This document shows, one piece after another, positions 14,562 to 26,094 of a stretch of DNA of 64,000 nucleotides; positions within the stretch are counted from its first letter, which is position 1; each line of letters opens with the position of its first letter. The notes below the pieces were generated by a model. The model ran no database searches, was not told the DNA's origin, and saw only the letters and a program-made list of their open reading frames with translations. Where the stretch lies: the NCBI RefSeq assembly GCF_030684315.1, contig NC_081380.1, forward strand, positions 29,943,951 through 30,007,950, written 5' to 3'. The position numbers and the translations under genes were made by a program. This DNA is from Stegostoma tigrinum. Lineage: Eukaryota.

Positions 14562-17260
14562 GAATCATGTTACTTTGTTTAGCTCTTAGTTATCTAATTG
14601 CAGGCAGTGGAACTCAAAACTTTTCAATCTCTGCACCATTATCTTGAAAGGCCTTCAAGGAACAGGTGTTGGGGTTACTCTAGTTCCTCAAGATTCTGCT
14701 CCCATACAACATCATGTGAAGATATAGAGTTGGATTTTGCACTCACAGTTGTGATTTACAGCTCAGCCATTTTCATTATTGCTTTTGTGTTGTCAGGAAG
14801 AAGCTGCTCTGGACCCAGGTTTCTGGCCCACCTCAGCATAATGACAGTGGGCCCTGGGCATTGATTCCTCCCCACTCATCAGCTATTATCTCAAATCCAA
14901 TCAGACTGTCCACAATTTCAGAGTCCTTTTTGACCCAGAGCTGAACTTCTCATCTCATCTTCTTTCAATTACAAAAACAACCGATTTTCATGTTCATAAC
15001 ATTGGCTGTCTCAGTCCCTGCTGTTGTGCATCTGCTGCCAAAGCTCTATTTCACATCTTTGCAACATCTAAAATCATCTATTCCAATGCCCTTGCTAGTT
15101 CTCTTCCTCCACATTTGGTACACTTCAACTCATACAAACTTCTGTTGTCTATAATCTGATGCTGTTCTGCATCAGGTCCCATTCATTCATTATTCTCCCA
15201 CTCTCTGACTTAAATTAAGCTAATGGTATCCCTAAGCCACAAATTTTAAATTCCAATCCTTGAGTTCAACATTTTCAAAGCTTCAACTTTCCTTTTTTTG
15301 TTGTTACTTTTTTTAACTGTTTATTATTACTAATTATGCATGTTAGATTTGCATTGGAAATTTGAAGAATGATTGAAGAGCACAACTGTCTCACTCATGT
15401 TCAAGGGATAAGGAGTTGTCATGTCCACCTGTACCTGCTGCTAATATATGAAGATATATGAAGATATGCTTGAGGAGAGTCCACAACCTGAGTAGAATGA
15501 ACAGAAAGGGCCTTTGTCGTACAGTGGCAGTGTCCGTACCTCTGGGTCAGCAAACTTGAATTCAAAACCCCAATTACAGAGGTGTGCAATAACATCTCTG
15601 AACACGTTGATTGAAAATATCTACAAGGAACAGATAATGAACAGGCAATAAATCATCAGGGCTCCACTTAATACATTTATCTCATTGTAGTAACTATCCA
15701 AGTATTAGTGTCAGAGGATAGCAATGATATAGCATAAGTAGTACATAAGCTGCTGCATTATATATCACATATATCATTTTGTAACTATTGCATGCATCAA
15801 CTTAATTTGTGATGGGATTTCTTTCTATAACTATCCCTATCCAATTTTTCCCCACTTTTCCTTAACAGACTGACAAAATGAGGGTGTGTTGCAGTAGATG
15901 TTTGCTGTTCTCAGGTGGTTCACTTAAATGGCATTCTTAATGAGTGAACTGCGATTGTATGGCAGCAAGCTGTTTAATGTTGGAGGGGCTAAAATTATCA
16001 GTGTGTGCAACACTCCCTTACGTCAACATGCATTCCTGCAGTTAATCACAATTTAGTGACCATAGGTAGGATCTGCAGGACCTTTCCCCTTGTAAGCAAA
16101 TATTTTTTCTTGCAAACATGAGCTAATTATTGTGTTCTATTGTTACTGTTCAAGTAAATGTTTCAAATTTAGAGTTTGTGTCACAATAAAAGTGTGAAAA
16201 ATATACTTGAGTGAAATTTCTTTGTTTTTTTTTAGTGAGGGTGCTGCCAGATTGAAATAGCAGCTCAGAAATTCTCGGCGTGCCACTGACATCAAAATGT
16301 AAAATTCTCTTAACCTCCACTGAATAAAATTAAAATTAAACAAATAAAACTCACTTTCCAATAATGTTGTCCCAAGGCTCTTGAAATTCAAGGAATAATA
16401 CAAGATAAATTAGCATAACTTCAGGATGAGATAATAAGTATATGTAATTGAAATTGAATCACATGGCATCATCTCCCCTACCAGCATCCACGTGAGCACA
16501 GTAATATAAAATTACAATGTTTGATGCCAGAAACAAGAGTCATGTTCTTTGTTACATATATTCTCAAATTTAAAACTTGCCTGTTTCTGCTGATATGTAT
16601 CCACTTGATTCTTGAATGAATTTGCATTTTCAGTTTCTGTATGAAACATTGATCAAGCTTTTCAAGACAGTGATAATAATAACATCAGCTATTACATTTA
16701 CCCAAGAGCACAAATGTTCACTGGGGCTTCCCCCCAAAATGTCTTGTCAGTAGAAAACCAAAATAAGCCCTCTTTACAGAGAATCTTGAACTTCTTTTCA
16801 CAGCAATTACTTAACCACATAAACAATCAGATTGATGAATCCTGATTGAAAGATGATTACTTTGGAAAAGGAAAGATAAGTTAGAATATTTAATTATGTA
16901 CAGAAAAGGAAATAAACCAAAGGAAAGAAAGACTGAATTAAGAGAAGAAGATAAAAGAAAAGAAAGTTAAAAAAAGTCATATTTTAAAATTTACAGATAA
17001 CCAAATAAATCTGAAAGAAGGGGACCACATGCTCACGTTATGAAATTTTCAATGCCAAAATAGTTGTTTGGTGGTAATTAAGAAGTTTCTTGCTGCTAAA
17101 ATATTTACATACACTGGAATGGACAAGTTATAAATTGTTCTGCGAGTGTAGTGGGTGTCCATTCCTTAAGTATTACAATTTCTTGTCCTTTCATGTATGA
17201 CCAAGTTAAGTTCCTCTGTGAGATTACCAGCATAGAAGAGCATCAGGAAGATGAAGACAG

Positions 17261-17465
17261 AGATAATGGGAACTGCAGATGCTGGAGAATCCAAGGTAAC
17301 AAAGTGTGGAGCTGGATGAATGCAGCAGGCCAAGCAGCATCTCAGGAGCACAAAAGCTGACGTTTCGGGCCTCGACCCTTGCTCTCTGATGAAGGGTCTA
17401 GGCCCGAAACGTCATCTTTTGTGCTCCTGAGATGCTGCTTGGCCTGCTGTGTTCATCCAGCTTCA
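17261..17465. mobile_element. Inverted (head-to-head) Penelope pLTR mini-insertion
   Basis: Arms at about 17297-17380 and 17392-17465 are near reverse complements; 17-bp TSD caggaagatgaagacag (17244-17260 / 17466-17482). Confidence 0.9.
17386..17413 (+). ncRNA. Minimal hammerhead ribozyme motif (Penelope pLTR)
   Basis: CTGATGA-A-GGGT CTAG GCCC-GAAA-CGTC. Confidence 0.75.
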
Positions 17466-18289
17466 CAGGAAGATGAAGACAGTTCAGACAGCAACCTCCT
17501 GATTTCCGTATTTAACTGCATGTGAAACTGCTGGAAATTGCTCTCCAGTTTAGTAACAGGGAATGTTGATAGTCTCACTACAATATTTACCACAAAATTT
17601 AGCCCATTACTGTCTACTTTAATTGAAACTTTGTGTTTGAAGTATTGAAACTGCTGATAGCATTTTGATAGCTGATCAATGCTTATAAAAATTGCAGTAT
17701 TTAAATTTTAAAAACCCTGATAACTCGGTGATTGAGAAGTTGAACATCCAAATTTTACACCTTTTATAACTCTTAATTACCTGGGATTTTAAACAAATGA
17801 CTAGCGTGAGTTGCTTGTCTATACTCTCAGAACATATTGGCCAAGGATAAGACTCTATGCATGTGAATATTCTAAGTATATATAATTGTATCTAGGAACT
17901 GCCTTAGCTATTCAATTAAAATCCAAGCACCTAATTATTTAAGTGGTACATCTTTTTAAAGTATATAACCCATGGGATAACAGTCAAAAGCTAAGCCATA
18001 TTTGTTAGTTATGCATCTGACCTCCATTTTACCAGCAACAGTAACTCATTAATAGATTTTCCAACAAATATTAGCGATAATTAGCTAGCCTCCCATGGTA
18101 TGATTTCAAAGTCAGTGCTCAAATCAACCCCGTTGTGTTCTGAGTAATTTTCTGTTAACAAAATATATTTAACATTTTTAAATACATTTTTATCTAAAAG
18201 TTATTCATGCATTATTCAGATATGCAGATTTTAATCTTTCTGCTCCTGCCCCAGCCCCAGCATAGGGTTGAAACTGAAATCCATGGGAT

Positions 18290-18450
18290 CAGCCACAAAC
18301 AATGAGATGTTGGCATTCATATCTGCTGCTCACTGGACCACAAATCTGACTCGCTCACTTCTCACTTTCTATTCAATGTTTGACTATAAATAGGAGCGAT
18401 GAAACTCAACTCAATCATTTTTGGAACCTACCCCAAACAGTTCGGCTCTG
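18290..18450 (+). promoter_or_regulatory. cryba1 promoter and short exon 1
   Basis: TATAAA at 18385-18390; donor CTG|gtaagt after 18450; Sox-type AACAATG at 18298-18304. Confidence 0.65.
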
Positions 18451-18701
18451 GTAAGTTGGGTTTTTCTTGTTTTTATTTTATTTTAACTTCAAATTCCTTT
18501 GTTTTGTCTCAATTTGTTTATCCCTGCTTTGTAATTTACTCTACAGCATCAATTTAGCCAGATATAGTAGAACATTACACCAGAATTAGCCAGGATTTTA
18601 TTGCATCAAATATTGATACCTTTCTCCAAGCCATTGCCTTGTGAAGAAAAATAATGCCATTTGACTTTTTCTTTCAGGACAAGAAACACCAAGCTATAAG
18701 C

Positions 18702-18734
18702 ATGGCGCAAATAAACCCTGCAGGAGTTTTCAAG
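18702..18734 (+). CDS. cryba1: Beta-A1 crystallin, first AUG-containing exon
   Basis: Acceptor tttcag before 18678; agcATGG Kozak; MAQINPAGVFK|gt, matching the beta-A1 MAQxNP start. Confidence 0.88.
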
Positions 18735-18844
18735 GTGCAGTTTTTGTTCTTAAATATTTAGTCAGAATTGAAACATTAGCTTTTGCTTAAAGCTCCTTTT
18801 CACAGAATTTCATGAAATGAGTAACAGTAATCATCTTATTGCAG

Positions 18845-18963
18845 ATTACTGCTTATGATCAAGAAAATTTCCAAGGCAAGAGGATGGAATTCACTGCATC
18901 CTGCAAGAATATAATGGACTGTGGATTTGACAATATTCGATCCATCAAAGTTGATTGTGGAGC
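18845..18963 (+). CDS. cryba1: Beta-A1 crystallin, motif 1 exon
   Basis: gcag|ATT...GGA GC|gtgagt; 119 bp; [40 protein letters not shown]. Confidence 0.95.
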
Positions 18964-20555
18964 GTGAGTCAACGGCCTTTACATATTTTTGCAACAAAAT
19001 AACACAGCCCTAACCGTTACTGTCAAACACATTCTCAAGCAATTTTATCAGTCTTACTTGAAATGGAATCATGGAGATTTTAAAATTCATTGTGATTTGC
19101 AAATCATAATCATCAGTTTACGGAAATGTATTTTGTTTTTACCTTTACACACATATTTACATAGCAGTGTTATTGTTGTTCACTTTCTGAAGAGAATTTG
19201 GTGAATTTAGACACTGATACTATGGAGAATTAGATTGCTTCATGTATTACTGATCTAAAATTAGTATCAATTAACTGAGGGTTCAATTACATCTCTATTT
19301 TTGTTCTGAAGTAGTTTTCACATAACAGCAACATTGTAAATCTAGGGGTGGGGGCAGAGTGGAAGTAACAGGTCCTTGAGCTGGTGTTCATGCTATTTTG
19401 CAATGATCAGGTTACAATATAGCCTCAGTCAGTCTTATTGTGGGGTACTCATGAATGTCAGGGATCCCAAAATTCAATTTTTCCCTTAACTTTTATTTAT
19501 TTTCCGTACTAATCTTTCCAAACTACTTTATGTAACACACATATGCATGAATGGGTGTATATCTCATCATGGTATGTGCATGTCATAAGGTCTAAAGCTG
19601 ACTTTCCTTCTGCAAAGGAAACATAAATGAGCTCTGTTAAATAAAACGAAGAACTGTGGATGCTGGACATCTGAAACAAACAAAAATAGAAACAGCTGGA
19701 GAAGCTCAGCAGGTCTGGTGGTATCTGTGGAGACAAAACAGAGATAAACATTTTAACTCAAGATTAAGGGTCACTGCTAGACCTGCTGAGTTTTTCCAGC
19801 AATTTCTGTTTTCGTTTGTTAAAGAGTTGAGTGATTTAATGCTGGCCTATCACGTAATCTATTCTCAGGACAGTATAGCCTAGAATTTTATCCTTAGGTA
19901 CAAGTTAGAACGTACACCTGTAAAATTGTACACGTGTGTCCATTTTGTCAATGTCAGGTTATCTCCAACCATTCTTCCAATCTCATTAGAATATGTCCAA
20001 ACTTAAAATGGACATAAAACATTGAAACAATTGGGTCCCAAGGCAATGTAAATCCACACCAGGATATTTGAATTAATTGAATTATCAGTTAAGCACTTTG
20101 AAGTTAATAGGTTCAGAAGTTCCAGTTGGAGAAGTTGTGCAATTTTTAATGTGATTTATACTCTGCCAAAAGTATGCATTAATCCATAAAATATGTATTA
20201 GCGCTCAGTGTGGTTCTTCTTTTCTCATGATTATTCAAAAATTATAATTAAAAGACCAGAAAAATAACTTTAGAGCCACATTTTCAGCAAGACAGAAACA
20301 ATGTTGAGATTTCCTCCCATTTTCAAATAGGTGCAACCAGAGGATACTTTGAGAATCTGGCATGTAGCCAGTTTGATGGATGGATATCTGTTGAATTGCA
20401 CAATGTGGTGGATGGAAGTAAACGATCAAGAAAACCGAGGCGTATTGTATTTATAGTTGATATAATTACTGACACACATCAATGGGCCGGACTCAGCTGT
20501 ACTGCTTCAGGGCTCAGTTGGGTAATGTTTTCAGACTGGGCTAGTATGACTCTCA

Positions 20556-21225
20556 AGATAATAAAATGTGAGGCTGGATGAATACAGCAGGCCAAGCAGC
20601 ATCTCAGGAGCACAAAAGCTGACGTTTCGGGCCTAGACCCTTCATCAGAGAGGGGGGTGGGGAGAGGGAACTGGAATAAATAGGGAGAGAGGGGGAGGCG
20701 GACCGAAGATGGAGAGTAAAGAAGATAGGTGGAGAGAGTATAGGTGGGGAGGTAGGGAGGGGATAGGTCAGTCCAGGGAAGACGGACAGGTCAAGGAGGT
20801 GGGATGAGGTTAGTAGGTCGCTGTGGGTGCGGCTTGGGGGGGGAGGAAGGGATGGGTGAGAGGAAGAACCAGTTAGGGAGGCAGAGACAGGTTGGACTGG
20901 TTTTGGGATGCAGTGGGTGGGGGGGAAGAGCTGGGCTGGTTGTGTGGTGCAGTGGGGGGAGGAGACGAACTGGGCTGGTTTAGGGATGCAGTAGGGGAAG
21001 GGGAGATTTTGAAACTGGTGAAGTCCACATTGATACCATTGGGCTGCAGGTTTCCCAGGCGGAATATGAGTTGCTGTTCCTGCAACCTTCGGGTGGCATC
21101 ATTGTGGCAGTGCAGGAGACCCATGATGGACATGTCATCTAGAGAATGGGAGGGGGAGTGGAAATGGTTTGCGACTGGGAGGTGCAGTTGTTTGTTGCGA
21201 ACTGAGCGGAGGTGTTCTGCAAAGC
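20556..21225 (-). mobile_element. Truncated Penelope-like element in cryba1 intron
   Basis: GIY-YIG C-terminus (RFAEHLRSVR..PVANHF..EQQLIFRLGNLQPNGIN); perfect TSD gtatgactctca (20544-20555 / 21226-21237). Confidence 0.92.
20621..20648 (-). ncRNA. Minimal hammerhead ribozyme motif (Penelope pLTR)
   Basis: Reverse complement reads CTGATGAAGGGTCTAGGCCCGAAACGTC. Confidence 0.75.
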
Positions 21226-21651
21226 GTATGACTCTCACATTGCATGGCAGGAAACACTAGAAGATTCAAACACTCTCAGGTGTATATTCAATTCTTTTAA
21301 GCTCATTATTCTGAGAAATAATTATTCTGCCCATCATGGAGACTCCTAACGGTTTTAGGCAGTTTGAAGATCTTTCTTTTAACTAAAATTGCAGAGATTA
21401 ATGCAATAAAAGTCATATTTCACACTAAAGATTGAGAAACAATTCAGGCAACTGCTCATATTTACTGCATCATTGTATTAGTGCACAACCAAAGCAGCAA
21501 ATTATTGCTAAGAGATAATAAGAATAGAAGGTATGTGTTTTTTACATAGAATCCATGGAATTCAGTCCATCTCAATATTAAGACAGGGTGAAAGCATTAA
21601 TGTGCCTATTTTTGAAAACCTTACATGAAAGCATTATCTTTTTTCTTGTAG

Positions 21652-21793
21652 CTGGGCTGGCTATGAACATTCCAGCTTTTTTGGACAACAATTTATCTTG
21701 GAGAAAGGAGAATATCCTCGCTGGGATGCCTGGAGTGGCAGCAATGCTTACCACACTGAAAGACTCATGTCCTTCCGCCCTATTTGCTCTGCT
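21652..21793 (+). CDS. cryba1: Beta-A1 crystallin, motif 2 exon
   Basis: ttgtag|C TGG...GCT|gtaagt; 142 bp; [47 protein letters not shown]. Confidence 0.95.
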
Positions 21794-22264
21794 GTAAGTC
21801 AGTTCACAGTTCAGTATCTGTAGGACTTGATGATTACATAGCATGTACTTGTCATAACTGACAGTGTAACATCTAGCACCAAATAAGGTAATGTTACTCA
21901 TTAAATATAACATCACAGTTAATTTCTTTGGACCGCATTATTATGCTGGCTTTTTGAAATTGCGTTATCATGGAATCCAATGACAACAGAAATAGACCAT
22001 TCAGCCCATCATGGGTAGATGCTTCTCTGCAGCAGCATCTCTACTAGACTCAATCCCCCCAGATTCCGTCTGGTTCAGCAATTTATTTTTCTCTCCTCAA
22101 ATTAGTGTTTATCCAATTTCCTTTTCAAGGTCATAATTGTATCAGCCACCACCATACTCTCACGCAGCGTTGAACATCCTAACCATACAGTGCATGAAAA
22201 TCGTTCTTTCTCATGTTCCTGTTGCCTTTTTTCCCTCACATCTTGACTGTCCTCATGTTACTGA

Positions 22265-23095
22265 GTCAAGACTGTGGACCTGGAGAAAAACAGCAAGCCA
22301 GGCAGCAAGAGCAGAGTTGACGTTTAAGATCTAGAACATTCATCAGGACTGGGGAGGGGTTGGGAAATAAATAGAGGGAGGAGGGGTGGAGCTGAGGGAA
22401 GGTAGGTGGGATAGTGATAGGTGGATGCCGGTAGGGGTAGTGGGGATTGGTCTGTGGGAAAGATGGGCAGATAGGTGGGAAAAATGATGGCAAGTTGTGT
22501 CAGGTCAAGGAGGCAGGGATGAGGCCCAAGGGTAGGGAGATTTTGAAACTGGTGAACTCTATGTTCAGGTCATCAGCTGTAGGCTCCGGAGATCAAAATG
22601 AGGCATTGTTCCTGCCATTTGCATGTGGCATCATTGCGACACTGGAGGTAGTCCAGGATGGACATGACACGGGGCGGGGGGGGAGCGCGTCGGAAGGTGT
22701 TGTCAATTAAAGTATACAGAGCGCAGATGTTTTACGAATTGGTCACCAACTCTACTCTTAGGCCTTCCAATGTGGAGGAGGCCACATCAGGACCAACGAA
22801 TACAGTAAACCAGGTTGGAGGATGTCCAAGTGAATCCCTGTTGGACATAAAAGATGCGTGTTGGGCCTTGGCTGGAGAGCGAGGTGTAGGGGCAGATGTA
22901 GCACCTCCTGCAGTTGCAGGGAAAGCTGCCAGGTGTGGTGAGGTTAGTGGGGAGTGTGGAGCAGATGAGGGAGTCACAGAGTGAGCGGTCCCTGTGAAAG
23001 GCAAATTGGGGTGGGGAGGGAAATATCTCTTTGGTGGTGGGGTTGGATTGTAGATGGCAGAAGACGAGGTACTGCATGTGGAGGTCGGTGGGGTG
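22265..23095 (-). mobile_element. Older Penelope-like element in cryba1 intron
   Basis: FPCNCRRCYICPY...FTWTSSNLVYCIR GIY-YIG region; degenerate pLTR at 22265-22350. Confidence 0.8.
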
Positions 23096-23711
23096 GTATG
23101 TGTTCTTGCTATCAACTCTATCTAGATTTTGAACGCTTCTATCAAATCTCCTCACAACCTTGTCTTCTCCAATCTATCATTGTGGTCAGTTGAGTACAAA
23201 CTACTGTTTTTATAAAGGTTCATCATAACTTCATGGCTTTTATAAGCTGTGTCTCGATTCATAAAGCCGAAGCCCCTGGATGCCTTTATAATCAAAAAAA
23301 GAGATGTGGAAATTAATTTGAGAATATTGGTAGAATCATGTCATTAAATCAATACCTCAATTAAAACTCAAATGCACTGTATTGAAACATACACTTAGAA
23401 CAGAGTCCTTGGTAACTGTGTTAAATTTTTATGGCCAGATGGGTGCATTCATAACAACAAGGTGTATTTGGATGCAGTCAGCATGCTCCAGATAATATAA
23501 CTGAACGTAAAAGGGCACAGGAATAGCAATTTTATTCTCAGGAGTAAAGCGAGATGCTGCAAGGAAAGATTATAGAAACTTAGATTTTAGTGACAAATAC
23601 AAAATATTGAATTACGGAGATGTATACCAAGTACTTCTTAACTCTTCACCCATAAATGTAACACAGCGTTTTCAAATGCACTCAGAATGTATATATACCA
23701 TTTTCCTTTAG

Positions 23712-23854
23712 CATCATAAAGAGTCCAAAATTGTCATTTTTGAGAAGGAAAACTTCATTGGAAGACACTGGGAGATGTGTGACGACTACCCCTCTTTGCA
23801 AGCCATGGGGTGGTGTAACAATGAAGTCGGATCCATGAAGGTTCAAACTGGCGC
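23712..23854 (+). CDS. cryba1: Beta-A1 crystallin, motif 3 exon
   Basis: tttag|CAT...GGC GC|gtaagt; 143 bp; [48 protein letters not shown]. Confidence 0.95.
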
Positions 23855-24350
23855 GTAAGTAGTGTCATAGAGTCATAAAGATGTACAACACAGAAACAGA
23901 CCCTTCGGTCCAAGGCATCCATGCCAATCAGGTACTTAAATTAATCTAATTCCATGTGCGTGCATTTGGCCCATACCCCTCTGAACCATTCCTTCTCATG
24001 TACAGTGTTTTCAGTAAAGATAGTTCATTGGAACTTAAGGAGGGATACTTCACTGGATTCAGTAGAATCTTGTACATTTAGCAGCTTGATGTCTTGTCAG
24101 GTTTGCTATTTCTAAAATAGCATTTTATCTTAGGGGAAGAAAATAACTTGGTTAATCAATTCTAACTAGTTCAAAAATAACCAGAGAGTTATTCGAGCTG
24201 TTGCTTCTGTAGTCACTGAACACTCATAATCCAGTCTTAGATGCTCTGACACATAAATGCATCTGTAGCTATATGGTCTGGTTCATGTTTATGCAACGTA
24301 ACGTAAATTTGAAGTTCATTTAAGTAAAGAATGCTGTTTTTCTGGCTCAG

Positions 24351-24498
24351 ATGGGTGTGCTACCAGTACCCAGGATATCGTGGCTTCCAGTATATTATGG
24401 AATGTGATCGCCATGCTGGAGAGTACAAGCACTGGAGAGAGTGGGGATCCCATGCTCAAACTTTCCAGATCCAGTCACTCCGCCGCATTCAGGAGTAA
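24351..24498 (+). CDS. cryba1: Beta-A1 crystallin, motif 4 / last exon
   Basis: ctcag|A TGG; [48 protein letters not shown]. Total CDS 585 nt = 194 aa plus stop. Confidence 0.95.
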
Positions 24499-24644
24499 AG
24501 CAACAGATCAACACAGCACAGTGGGAGGGCCTGCAAAGGAAATCTATGGGTATACTTGTACTACATTCTGTAGTAGAACAATAATCTGTGTACTGTAATC
24601 GGTTTAACATCTCATTACAATCAGTTCGGCTATTGAAATACTCA

Positions 24645-24650
24645 AATAAA
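24645..24650 (+). terminator. cryba1 polyadenylation signal
   Basis: AATAAA about 150 nt after the stop codon, followed by T-rich sequence. Confidence 0.65.
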
Positions 24651-25039
24651 AGTCATAAAAATGTTTCCCTCTCTTTGGCTCAAGTTACCCCCGTGGAATC
24701 GCTTGTTTTAAAATTTGACATCTGGTCAACAGGAGAGACTCATCAGGCTTTTAAGTTATGAAATATAATAGACAGCTAGAACATTTTGGTGGATTCTGTT
24801 GAAATGAGCCAGCGAAGAGCAATTGGTCATGAAGCTTGAAGCACATCAACCACAAGTAATTATGTTCTCAGTATCACAAGCATCTTAGCTCTCTGACTGC
24901 GAATTACATTTTGCTTTTCAGCAAGAGTTCAAAAAAACTTTATAACCAGCTGCTTCAATGTACACTGACAACATTTAAATGAAATGCACCCTTCCCCTGA
25001 GGGAGATTGATTTATGGTCAAAATTATCTAAATTAATCA

Positions 25040-25332
25040 TTATAAATACATTCTGTCCTCAGGATTGACATAATGAAAATTTGCTCCATCACACACAACT
25101 GATTGAGGGTTCTTTCTTTTCCACATGGTTAAGGAGTCCAAGTGGCCTGGCCAGTTTGGGAGTTTAATTCTGCTCATGCAGCAGAAATCTTCTGCAAGTG
25201 CCAGCTGGAAATTGCGAGACGTTGACTGTCCCCAGTAATTGGCTGACAGTGTTTCACCCAGTAACTCCCCAGTATGAAGGATAATATCCCCTCTGAAATA
25301 GCTCAAGCAATCAAGAGAAAACGTTGAAGACT
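25040..25332 (-). CDS. Uncharacterised SAM-dependent methyltransferase-like protein, exon 4 (last)
   Basis: ttctacag|AG TCT (phase 1); ESSTFSLDCLSYFRGDIILHTGELLGETLSANYWGQSTSRNFQLALAEDFCCMSRIKLPNWPGHLDSLTMWKRKNPQSVVCDGANFHYVNPEDRMYL*. Confidence 0.85.
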
Positions 25333-25881
25333 CTGTAGAACATAAACAACATTATCAGATGATCGTTAAAAACGCAGAACAATTTCCTGTGTTTACAAAT
25401 GAGATTATGACCTTTAACCACTGCAGTTATTTACTATCATTAATGTTATTTTTGACACAAATTACAGGCAATTACATTGTTTCTTTAACACACTAATAAA
25501 CTATGAACCGTTAACAGCAACGCAATTGAATGAATTATATATATCACAACTGTTCCTTTCAGATAAGTGTGTAGTGAAAACGAAAGGAGAAATTGTTCAA
25601 CAAAAAATAGAATCTCTGCCAAACGTGATTAGTACATGAATGTGTTACAGCAGAGAATTTTCATCTTGCTACTTTGTAATCTTTGAGCTTCAATTGAGCT
25701 TTCATCAGTTAATTGTTATGAATCCTAGGAATGTACCAGCTAAATTTTACTTGAAAGTTTTTGAACATAGTACAGAAGGTAATGTCATTTTTCTCAGCAC
25801 ACCATTGGTAAGGAATGATAATTTGTTTGAGCCAAAGAAAACTTCCCCTAGTGTAGGAGTGTAAAGCCCTTCCTTTCTTAC

Positions 25882-25951
25882 CGTCTATGTCTGGCCAGGC
25901 CAGAAAAAGCACTCTGTCAGGAAACTGCTCAAGGATTTCAGGGCCGCTGGT
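25882..25951 (-). CDS. Uncharacterised SAM-dependent methyltransferase-like protein, exon 3
   Basis: ctttag|ACC...GAC G|gtaag; 70 bp; TSGPEILEQFPDRVLFLAWPDID. Confidence 0.85.
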
Positions 25952-26094
25952 CTAAAGTTACATAAAGAAAATGTGGTAGTAAATGCTTTCTCCCCCAGCT
26001 CACTGTTCAGTTGATTATTTGCAATTTTAATTATCTATGTGAAAAAAACAATAAATGAATCAAACTACTCTCAGTGATATAATCAACTATTTTT

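Noticed and set aside
18399-18450. ATG at 18399 as the beta-A3 start
   Set aside because: It is only about 9 nt after the TATA box (upstream of the expected TSS) and out of frame with the beta-A1 ATG after splicing.
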